Assembly (NCBI GenBank): GCA_028279745.1
Contig: JANQNC010000001.1
Location: 1,080,001 to 1,112,000 of the forward strand
DNA from: Candidatus Nanoarchaeia archaeon
GTDB lineage: Archaea; Nanobdellota; Nanobdellia; Woesearchaeales; JANQNC01
Direction: 5' to 3'
Length of the DNA: 32,000 nt
Shown here: piece after piece, positions 17,745 to 24,806 of the stretch
How the letters are laid out: the number at the start of each line of letters is the position of its first letter
Numbering within the stretch: position 1 is the stretch's first letter
Translations under genes and position numbers: made by a program
The notes under the pieces: generated by a model
Told to the model about the DNA's origin: nothing
Database searches by the model: none
What the model saw: only the letters and a program-made list of their open reading frames with translations

Positions 17745-17745
17745 A

Positions 17746-18876
17746 ATGCAAGAACTAAAAAAAGAATACAAAGACTTACTGCCTGAAAAAATAATACAGG
17801 AAATAGAAGACAGCTTACCAGAAAAAGTAAGCAAAACACAACTAAAAGAGATATTCAAAAGAGTTCTTGAAGAATACGAAAACTCTCAAGTAGACCCGGG
17901 CGAATCTGTAGGATTAATAGCAGCAGAATCAATAGGAGAACCAGGAACACAGATGACTTTGAACACATTCCACTTCGCAGGAGTTGCGGAGATGAACGTA
18001 ACAACAGGATTGCCGCGTATTATTGAAATTGTCGATGGCAGAGAGAAAATCAAGACACCGATGATGGAAATATTCCTACAAAAACCATACTCTGAAGGAG
18101 AAAAAATAAAAGAGCTAGCAATGAAAATAAAATCCACGCTGTTGGAAGATCTAGCAAAAGAATTCTCAATCAACATAGGAGAGTTAACAATTGAACTTCA
18201 ACTAGACAGAGAAGTGATCAAACAAGTAGGAATCAGAGAAGAAACAATACAAAAAACAATAAGCCAAGGGGTTAAAAGTATTACAATCAAAAAAACAGAA
18301 GACGGATTTATAATAAGACCAAGAGCAAAAGGCAACGAAAGCTTAAACGAACTATACAAACTTAAAGAAAAATTAAGAGCACTATTCATAACAGGAATAA
18401 AAAACATACAACAAGTACTGCCAGTAAAAAGAAAAGGCGAATGGATCATAGTAACATCCGGGACAAACTTAAAAGACGTAATGAAACTAAAAGAGATAGA
18501 TCCAACAAGAACAATAAGCAACGACATAAAAGAGATAAGAAAAGTTCTTGGGGTTGAGGCAGCAAGACAATCAATCATAAACGAAGTATACAAAGTTATT
18601 GAAGATCAAGGACTAAACATAAACGTAAGACACATAATGATGGTAAGTGATACGATGTGCATGACTGGAGAAGTAAAAGGAATCACAAGATACGGGATTG
18701 TAGGAGAAAAAGCGTCAGTATTGGCTCGTGCAAGTTTCGAAACACCAATAAAACACTTATTGAATGCGGCAATTCAAGGAGAAGAAGATCACTTGATATC
18801 AGTAATAGAAAATGTAATGTTGAACCAACCAGTACCGACTGGAACGGGATTACCGACACTAAAAATGAAAAGGTGA
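17746..18876 (+). CDS. rpoA2: DNA-directed RNA polymerase subunit A'' (Rpo1C)
   Basis: 376 aa. [26 protein letters not shown]. Follows rpoA' after a 1-nt gap. Confidence 0.95.
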   Translation: MQELKKEYKDLLPEKIIQEIEDSLPEKVSKTQLKEIFKRVLEEYENSQVDPGESVGLIAAESIGEPGTQMTLNTFHFAGVAEMNVTTGLPRIIEIVDGREKIKTPMMEIFLQKPYSEGEKIKELAMKIKSTLLEDLAKEFSINIGELTIELQLDREVIKQVGIREETIQKTISQGVKSITIKKTEDGFIIRPRAKGNESLNELYKLKEKLRALFITGIKNIQQVLPVKRKGEWIIVTSGTNLKDVMKLKEIDPTRTISNDIKEIRKVLGVEAARQSIINEVYKVIEDQGLNINVRHIMMVSDTMCMTGEVKGITRYGIVGEKASVLARASFETPIKHLLNAAIQGEEDHLISVIENVMLNQPVPTGTGLPTLKMKR

Positions 18877-18881
18877 ACTAA

Positions 18882-19142
18882 ATGAGTTACGTAGAAGAGA
18901 TAAAAAAAGCAATGGAACAGAACAAAGTTATAAAAGGAAACGACGAAACAGTAAAAGCAATAAGACAAGAGACAATCGAAAAAGTTTTTGTAACTTCAAA
19001 CTACCCTGACATAGAAGAAATAAAAGAGCTATGTGAGATACATGCTGTAAATGTTGAAGAAATCTCAGAAACAAATGAAGAACTGGGTGCTTTATGCAAG
19101 ACTCCTTTCTCAATATCACTTTTAGGAATAAAAAAAGAGTAA
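18882..19142 (+). CDS. rpl30e: ribosomal protein L30e (eL30), short form
   Basis: 86 aa. KGNDETVKAIRQE..KVFVTSNYP....ELGALCKTPFSISLLGI matches the L30e/L7Ae fold pattern. Position between rpoA'' and nusA is conserved in archaea. Confidence 0.8.
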   Translation: MSYVEEIKKAMEQNKVIKGNDETVKAIRQETIEKVFVTSNYPDIEEIKELCEIHAVNVEEISETNEELGALCKTPFSISLLGIKKE

Positions 19143-19149
19143 AACCAAG

Positions 19150-19560
19150 ATGATCAAATTTGATGTGAATTCTATAAAGACAATTTCGCTATTTGAAAAC
19201 ATAACAAGAACAAAAGCAAGAGACCTAATAGAAGAAGAGAACCAGTTGATCTTTATTGTAGAACCTTTTATGGTAGGAAAAGCGATAGGAAAAGCAGGAG
19301 CAAACATCAAAAGACTAGAACAGATGACTAAGAAAAAAGTTAAGGTAGCAGAGTACAATCCAGATGTATGCAAGTTTGTAAAAAGCTTAATAATGCCTCT
19401 AAGAGCAGAAGATATAGTTCTTGAAGACAAAATAATCACAATAACTGGATCAGACACAAAAACAAAAGGCCTGATCATAGGAAGGAATGCAGCAAATTTA
19501 AGGAAGTTAGAAGAGTACGTCAAAAGACACTTTGACATAGAAGAGATAAAAGTTGTTTAG
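19150..19560 (+). CDS. nusA: archaeal NusA-like KH-domain protein
   Basis: 136 aa with two KH-type GxxG motifs (GKAIGKAGANIKRLE and GLIIGRNAANLRKLE). Operon position is conserved. Confidence 0.85.
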   Translation: MIKFDVNSIKTISLFENITRTKARDLIEEENQLIFIVEPFMVGKAIGKAGANIKRLEQMTKKKVKVAEYNPDVCKFVKSLIMPLRAEDIVLEDKIITITGSDTKTKGLIIGRNAANLRKLEEYVKRHFDIEEIKVV

Positions 19561-19575
19561 ATTTCTATTTATATG

Positions 19576-19602
19576 TCAGAATTCCAAGAATTGGAATTCT
19601 GA
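19576..19602 (+). other. perfect 12-bp stem / 3-nt loop hairpin just downstream of nusA
   Basis: TCAGAATTCCAA (19576-19587), loop GAA, TTGGAATTCTGA (19591-19602). Confidence 0.6.
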
Positions 19603-19671
19603 GCACGCTCAAAAACCACTTAAAAAGGAGGAGGTATATGAGTGCTTTTTGACGAATAAGTAACAGAAACC

Positions 19672-19683
19672 TTTATAAACAAA
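19672..19683 (+). promoter_or_regulatory. TATA box (TTTATAAACAAA) for rps12-rps7; leaderless start
   Basis: TTTATAAA ends 24 nt upstream of ATG 19703 and no Shine-Dalgarno sequence lies between them. Confidence 0.5.
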
Positions 19684-19702
19684 CTGCAGTTTCTCGAGTA
19701 AC

Positions 19703-20140
19703 ATGGGTAAAAAATCAAACGGATTGAATGCAGGAAGAAGGCTAGTTGGCAGAAGAAAACAGTCCAACATGCTGAAAAAAGCATTTGTACAGAAATTATT
19801 CGATCTAAAAAAGAAATCAGATCCACTAGACGGAGCATCACAAGCAAAAGGAATTGTACTAAAAAAAGTAGAGCTAGAAGCTAAACAGCCAAACTCAGCA
19901 ATGAGAAAATGCGCAAGAGTACAATTAATCAAAAACGGAAAACAAGTAACAGCATTCTTACCTGGAGACGGAGCTGCTAAACTATGCGACGAGCACGACG
20001 AAGTTGTAATTGAGTGTATCGGCGGAAAGATGGGCAGAGCAAAAGGAGACATACCAGGAGTAAGATGGCAAGTAATAAAGGTAAACGATCAAAGTCTAAA
20101 CGCACTGATTAGAGGAAAAGTAGAGAAAGCGAGAAAGTAA
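19703..20140 (+). CDS. rps12: ribosomal protein S12 (uS12)
   Basis: 145 aa. [30 protein letters not shown] ... [14 protein letters not shown]. Confidence 0.95.
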   Translation: MGKKSNGLNAGRRLVGRRKQSNMLKKAFVQKLFDLKKKSDPLDGASQAKGIVLKKVELEAKQPNSAMRKCARVQLIKNGKQVTAFLPGDGAAKLCDEHDEVVIECIGGKMGRAKGDIPGVRWQVIKVNDQSLNALIRGKVEKARK

Positions 20141-20141
20141 A

Positions 20142-20741
20142 ATGGTTGAGCTAAAAATATTTAACAGATGGAGCACAGAAGGAATCACAGTAGATGACAT
20201 GGGTCTGAAAGACTATGTATGTATGACTCCAAAAGTAGTTCCAAGAACCGGTGCAAGATACGCAAAATTCAGATTTCACAAATCACAAGCAAATATGGTT
20301 GAAAGATTCATCAACAAGCTTATGATTCCAGGACACAGGTCAAAAAAACACTATATATCTTCTGGAAAGAACACAGGAAAAGGAATCAGAGCATACGCTC
20401 TAGCTGAAAAAACATTCTTACTGATAGAAGGAAGAACAAAAGAAAATCCAATCAAAGTATTCGTAAAAGCAGTAGAAAACGCAGCACCAAGAGAAGAAGT
20501 GACTGCAATAGAATACGGTGGAGCAAGATATGCAAAAGCATTAGAGATGGCACCACAAAGAAGAATAGACTTTGTAATGAGACTAATGATCCAAGGAGCA
20601 TACCAAAAGAGCTTCGGCAAAAAAATAAAAGCAGAAGAAGCACTAGCTGATGAGATCATAAATGCTTACAAACTAAGTAACATGTCAGTTGCAATCGCTA
20701 AGAAATTAGAGATGGAAAGACAGGCAGACAGTTCTAGATAG
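20142..20741 (+). CDS. rps7: ribosomal protein S7 (uS7)
   Basis: 199 aa. Archaeal uS7 pattern (..FINKLM..G.....GKNTGK.., ..AIENAAPREEV..) directly after rps12. Confidence 0.9.
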   Translation: MVELKIFNRWSTEGITVDDMGLKDYVCMTPKVVPRTGARYAKFRFHKSQANMVERFINKLMIPGHRSKKHYISSGKNTGKGIRAYALAEKTFLLIEGRTKENPIKVFVKAVENAAPREEVTAIEYGGARYAKALEMAPQRRIDFVMRLMIQGAYQKSFGKKIKAEEALADEIINAYKLSNMSVAIAKKLEMERQADSSR

Positions 20742-22623
20742 ATTTTTTCTTTTTACCATACATATAGATGTATTGCCAAGCAACACCTTGTTTTCTAAGA
20801 ACTTTAACACTGAACCCTGCACTGCTGAATAATTTTTTAATCTTTTTATCATCACCAACCCATTCAATATTAGGAATTACACTAAAGAACTTATCATACT
20901 CCATAAAACAGAAAGGGTCCCCAACTTTTAGTCTTTTGTTCAGTTGTTTTAGAACCTTTTTGTCATCAGAAACAAAACCTAAAGTGGAAACACCAACAAT
21001 AGCATTAACTTTAGGCACTTTCTTATTAACTTCGTTAATCTTATCTTGCAGAAGGGTTACGTTAGTAATCTTATTTCTAATAACTTTCCTGCTAGCAATC
21101 TCTAGAGAGTGTTTAGATTCATCAGTGGCATAAACTTTACCTTTATCACCGACCTTCTTAGACAGTATGGTTGTTAAGGCACCAACACTACACCCAAAGT
21201 CTAAAACTTTTTTGTTATTAAGATTGATCCCTAGAAGTTTAATCATCTTTTTTCTTTTAGAAACTGGGAACATCATATTGTTTGTAAGGTTTGTAAGTTC
21301 CGAGAAAAAACTTCTCATAAACACGATAATTTTAGGATCATAGTACATCTCGAACAATAAATAGAATGGGATTCCTAACAGGATAATTGATAGTGCTAAC
21401 TGTAATTTATCCATCGCACCATGAGTTGTTGTAAGCCAAACACCCATTAAAGCAAGGAAGATTATAGAAACAATTACTGGGCCAACTTTACCAAATGGGA
21501 CTGTAAAATAACGTTTAGTTTTAGGTTGTCTGTGCCTTAATACTACAACACTTAACACAACTGCTATGTATAACACTAAAAGCATAGGTAATAATATTTC
21601 TAAGAGTAAGAAGTATGAACCTGCACCTATGATGACTAAAATAGATGAAATCACCATCTGAAGAATAATTGCTTTGTAAGGTGTAGAGTATTTAGGGTGG
21701 ATCTCTGCAAAATTCTTAAAGAAAAGATTGTCTTTAGCCATAGACAAAATAAGTCTTGGTGCTGAGACAACCCAACCTGCAACTGAACCAATTATCGCAA
21801 GATAAACAATCATTGCAAAAGCATTAACGGCCCCGGCACCATAAAAAATATTGCTCAAGAAAGCTATAGGTGCAACAGAATCGCCAAAAAGACCCCAGCC
21901 AGCGGAACCTATCGCAGTAATCACAAACAGTAGGGAGATAATGCTGATTATAACGGTACCATGAACTATTGCCTTAGGCATAACTTTTTTGCCATCCTTA
22001 ACCTCTCCCGCTAAGTAAGTTGGAGATTCCCAACCAAAAAAAGTCTCAGCAATAAAGAAAATGGCTAAGAAAATAACTGGAAGCCCCATAGGGAAAAAGG
22101 GCTGGAAGTTAGATGCTTGCATACTGAACAAACCAGGAATAATAACTGAGAAAAGCGCAAATAACGTAACAAATCCAAAAGTGATTAACAGAGTGGCTGA
22201 TACTTTCATACCTCTATAAGCAGTGATGTTAAAAGCCCAGATAAGGATTAAAGATACAAAAATAATGGCTAATGGTGCATCAAAAGGGAAGATATATCTG
22301 ACTGCACCAATCATAAGCATAGCTATGGTGAAGTTAGCAGTAATAAGGCTTAACCAACCGATCATAAATGAGATAAACCTTCCATAAGCTTGTTTGCTGA
22401 ACTCGTAAATACCTCCTGCTTCTGGAAACATAGAAGTCAACTCAGCAAAACAACCTGCAATGTAAATTGCTAGAATTGATAAGAGTGCCCAAGCGATTAT
22501 ACTTGCAGGTCCAGCTATCTTAGCACCTAACGCAGGTAAGAAGAAAATACCTGTGCCCATGATTGAATTTATAACTATAAGTAGAATGGTCTTATAACTC
22601 ATAACTTTCTTTAATTCAGCCAT
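20734..22623 (-). CDS. APC-family amino-acid permease fused to a C-terminal class I SAM-dependent methyltransferase domain
   Basis: N-terminal ~450 aa has 12-helix APC features (IVINSIMGTGIFFLPA.., FAELTSMFPEAGGIYEF). The C-terminal ~175 aa carries SAM motif I VLDFGCSVG (nt ~21181-21207) and downstream VYATDES.., ..GVSTLGFV. Confidence 0.7.
   Translation of the reverse strand: MAELKKVMSYKTILLIVINSIMGTGIFFLPALGAKIAGPASIIAWALLSILAIYIAGCFAELTSMFPEAGGIYEFSKQAYGRFISFMIGWLSLITANFTIAMLMIGAVRYIFPFDAPLAIIFVSLILIWAFNITAYRGMKVSATLLITFGFVTLFALFSVIIPGLFSMQASNFQPFFPMGLPVIFLAIFFIAETFFGWESPTYLAGEVKDGKKVMPKAIVHGTVIISIISLLFVITAIGSAGWGLFGDSVAPIAFLSNIFYGAGAVNAFAMIVYLAIIGSVAGWVVSAPRLILSMAKDNLFFKNFAEIHPKYSTPYKAIILQMVISSILVIIGAGSYFLLLEILLPMLLVLYIAVVLSVVVLRHRQPKTKRYFTVPFGKVGPVIVSIIFLALMGVWLTTTHGAMDKLQLALSIILLGIPFYLLFEMYYDPKIIVFMRSFFSELTNLTNNMMFPVSKRKKMIKLLGINLNNKKVLDFGCSVGALTTILSKKVGDKGKVYATDESKHSLEIASRKVIRNKITNVTLLQDKINEVNKKVPKVNAIVGVSTLGFVSDDKKVLKQLNKRLKVGDPFCFMEYDKFFSVIPNIEWVGDDKKIKKLFSSAGFSVKVLRKQGVAWQYIYMYGKKKKSI
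20743..20748 (+). terminator. oligo-T (T6) directly after rps7
   Basis: T6 lies 1 nt after the TAG at 20739-20741, inside the 3' end of the convergent permease gene. Confidence 0.3.
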
Positions 22624-22719
22624 ACTGGTATTGATTTTATGAAAAAACGTATATAAATAGTTGTTTGTACTCGAGAGTGGTATAGGTCGTTTTTGAAAAG
22701 TTTTAATAAGGTTTAATTC

Positions 22720-22968
22720 ATGTTAGTGGGTATGAACACACAATCATTAGTCCCAATCGGTGTAGGGATTGTTATGGTGGGGATGATTATTATCATAATT
22801 GGTTCTCTTCTCAGTGCTAATTCTGGGGGGAATTCAAAAGTGGCCGTAGGAGGAGTTATTGGATTTATACCGTTTGGGTTTGGGAATGATAAAGGGATGG
22901 TGATAGCGATGATTGTTATATCTGTAGTGTTTGCACTGATATTTTACTTTAGTAACTTTCTTAGGTAA
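22720..22968 (+). CDS. small 2-TM membrane protein, DUF131-like
   Basis: 82 aa: two hydrophobic helices flanking a Gly-rich GGVIGFIPFGFGND segment, reminiscent of the archaeal DUF131 family. Confidence 0.35.
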   Translation: MLVGMNTQSLVPIGVGIVMVGMIIIIIGSLLSANSGGNSKVAVGGVIGFIPFGFGNDKGMVIAMIVISVVFALIFYFSNFLR

Positions 22969-22975
22969 GAATAAT

Positions 22976-23000
22976 AAAAAAAGAAAAAAGAAAAAAGAAA
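22976..23000 (-). terminator. oligo-T tracts (three T6-7 runs on the minus strand) after the 23003-23968 gene
   Basis: The plus strand reads AAAAAAAGAAAAAAGAAAAAAGAAA, directly adjacent to the minus-strand stop at 23003-23005. Confidence 0.4.
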
Positions 23001-23002
23001 GA

Positions 23003-23968
23003 TTATTCTACAATAATCTTATCGTCCTTTGGTTTTCTTAAGTACTTAACATTTTGTCTTAAAGTTTCTGTTGTGTTATTGTCCTTAAGAGCATCAAGAG
23101 TTTCTGTTAAGTTTGCCAAGTTAACATAAGCTCTTCCATCAAGCCGTTTAAGCTCAGGCATGGCAGATTTTTGTTTAGTGGTCTCTTCAGACAAAACTTC
23201 TATGTGGTTGATAAATCCATCCATAACTTTAGCATACTTAACACTGTCAGATGGTGAGCTAACAACATAACACAACACGTTACCGACAGAATTCTTAGAA
23301 TATTCTACATCTGCAGGTATATTTTCTTTGCTGAAGCCGGTCTGTTCTTTAACTGCAGCATCAAACGGTTTTGTAATTACGGATTCAACGTTTTTCACAA
23401 TCTTTTTTGCTTCAATGTAGTTTCTTGCGTTATGTCCTGCGCCTTCACCTTTAACAATGCTGTAGTCTCTGGTGTAATCAAGTTCTAAAACTGTTCTGGT
23501 TAGTTGTTGAGAATCTTTACCATTACTTGTTTTAATCTTAATCTCAACACTTGGTTCAGTATTGTTATCTATTGATGTGTTAAGGTTGTCAATTACATCA
23601 TCTAGTAGGATGTAAGTTCCTTCTTCAGTAGTTCTTACACCATCTCTTCTTCTACCTTCACTATTTCCTCTGCCTAGTTCAGAAAGGTATTGGTTCATCT
23701 CATCATACACTTCACCATATTTGGGGTTGGTGGAAGGTTTGATGTCAAATTTGAAGTTGTGGTTTCCTATCCGTTTTTCTAAGGCTATTTTTGCTTTAGG
23801 TATGTTTTCATTATTGTAGCTGGTGTCTTCCTTCAAAGCTTTCTCAAAAGGGCCGATGATCATGCTCTTAAGCATGTCAACCTGAGCAGATGCACTCAGA
23901 TATGTTTCCATATTGGCTCTTGTAATTTTGTTGTAGTTTTGGTTTGCATCTATAATTTTTAATTCCAT
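23003..23968 (-). CDS. hypothetical protein made of two tandem ~160-aa homologous modules
   Basis: AAGGAGGT lies 7 nt upstream of the ATG at 23968 (MELKIIDANQ..); the listed start at 24022 has no such signal. Internal repeat: PFEKALKEDTSYNNENIP..KYGEVYDEM..RRDG..DNNT (aa 40-137) against PFDAAVKEQTGFSKENIP..KYAKVMDGF..RLDG..DNNT (aa 201-299). Confidence 0.6.
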   Translation of the reverse strand: MELKIIDANQNYNKITRANMETYLSASAQVDMLKSMIIGPFEKALKEDTSYNNENIPKAKIALEKRIGNHNFKFDIKPSTNPKYGEVYDEMNQYLSELGRGNSEGRRRDGVRTTEEGTYILLDDVIDNLNTSIDNNTEPSVEIKIKTSNGKDSQQLTRTVLELDYTRDYSIVKGEGAGHNARNYIEAKKIVKNVESVITKPFDAAVKEQTGFSKENIPADVEYSKNSVGNVLCYVVSSPSDSVKYAKVMDGFINHIEVLSEETTKQKSAMPELKRLDGRAYVNLANLTETLDALKDNNTTETLRQNVKYLRKPKDDKIIVE

Positions 23969-24039
23969 TTTATTTACCTCCTTACAAGGTTCTTTACCTC
24001 GTAATAAGGTTATTATGGTCAAAGAAGTATATGACTAAG

Positions 24040-24061
24040 TGTGGTGCAATATCTCACCACA
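24040..24061. promoter_or_regulatory. inverted repeat TGTGGTG-N8-CACCACA in the divergent promoter region; candidate TrmB-family operator
   Basis: Perfect 7-bp arms at 24040-24046 and 24055-24061. The repeat is immediately followed by ATTATATA (24065-24072), ~23 nt before ATG 24095. Confidence 0.45.
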
Positions 24062-24094
24062 AGTATTATATAGTTTAGAATGTTGTTGTAGTGT

Positions 24095-24802
24095 ATGGAT
24101 ATACAAATATTAGAAGAGATGGGATTAACAAAAGCAGAAGCAAAGACTTACTTGGTATTGTTGGAGATTGGTAGTAGTCGGGCAGCTAAAGTTGTGGCAA
24201 AAACAGGACTACATAGAAGAACGGTATATGATGCGATTGAGAGACTTATTGAGAAAGGGTTGGTAAGTTATATCAAGCAGAATAATGTTAGAAATTATGA
24301 AGCTGTTGACCCGAAACAGTTAAGAGAAATTTTGAATGCTCGGAAAGATGAGCTTGAAGGGGCAATGCCGCAGCTGGAGTTACTTTATGGTCTGTCAAAA
24401 GAGAAACAAGAGACAACCTTTTATCGGGGGAAAAAGGCACTTAAAGCAGTGTTTAACGATCAGATAATTGTGGGGGAGGAGATTTTTATCTTTGGGGCAA
24501 GTGTTCATGCACCAGAGATATTAAAATATTATTTTCCGCACTTTGACAAAGAAAGAGTTAAGAGAAAGATAAAAGTAAACATGATATTTGATGAAAATGC
24601 AAAAGGAGCTAAAATTCCACTTAGTAGTGTAAGATACGTGCCGAAAGAATATTCTTCGCCAGCAGCAACTAACATTTATGGAGATAAAGTGGCAATTGTA
24701 CTTTGGAGTGAGGATCCAATTGCTATTGTGATTAAGAATAAAGAGATCGCAGATGGATATAAGAAATATTTTGATTTATTGTGGAAGGTAGCAAAGAGTT
24801 AA
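24095..24802 (+). CDS. TrmB-family winged-helix transcriptional regulator (short form)
   Basis: The N-terminus LEEMGLTKAEAKTYLVLLEIGSSRAAKVVAKTGLHRRTVYDAIERLIEKGLVSY is the TrmB HTH signature, followed by a coiled linker and a ~120-aa C-terminal domain. Confidence 0.8.
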   Translation: MDIQILEEMGLTKAEAKTYLVLLEIGSSRAAKVVAKTGLHRRTVYDAIERLIEKGLVSYIKQNNVRNYEAVDPKQLREILNARKDELEGAMPQLELLYGLSKEKQETTFYRGKKALKAVFNDQIIVGEEIFIFGASVHAPEILKYYFPHFDKERVKRKIKVNMIFDENAKGAKIPLSSVRYVPKEYSSPAATNIYGDKVAIVLWSEDPIAIVIKNKEIADGYKKYFDLLWKVAKS

Positions 24803-24806
24803 AAGT

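Noticed and set aside
11813-18876. Checked the RNA polymerase subunits, LysRS and Rad50 for inteins, large insertions or frameshifts.
   Set aside because: Subunit lengths (496, 600, 860 and 376 aa; LysRS 527 aa) are normal and the conserved motifs are contiguous. The B''/B' and A'/A'' splits are the standard archaeal gene organisation, not disruptions.
14114-19538. Series of minus-strand ORFs inside the rpoB', rpoA', rpoA'', rpl30e and nusA genes (for example 14114-14689, 15389-16090, 16691-17254, 17258-17722, 18198-18593, 19122-19538), plus 15386-15637 on the plus strand.
   Set aside because: They are antisense or out of frame relative to highly conserved RNA polymerase and ribosomal genes. 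They have no start signals, and their Ser/Phe/Leu-rich composition is typical of shadow ORFs.
22976-23000. Short tandem repeat (AAAAAAG)x3, considered as a possible microsatellite or CRISPR-like repeat.
   Set aside because: It is only 25 nt of homopolymer-like sequence with no spacers, and is best explained as minus-strand oligo-T terminators. No CRISPR array, meaning regularly spaced 25-40-nt repeats, was seen anywhere in the window.
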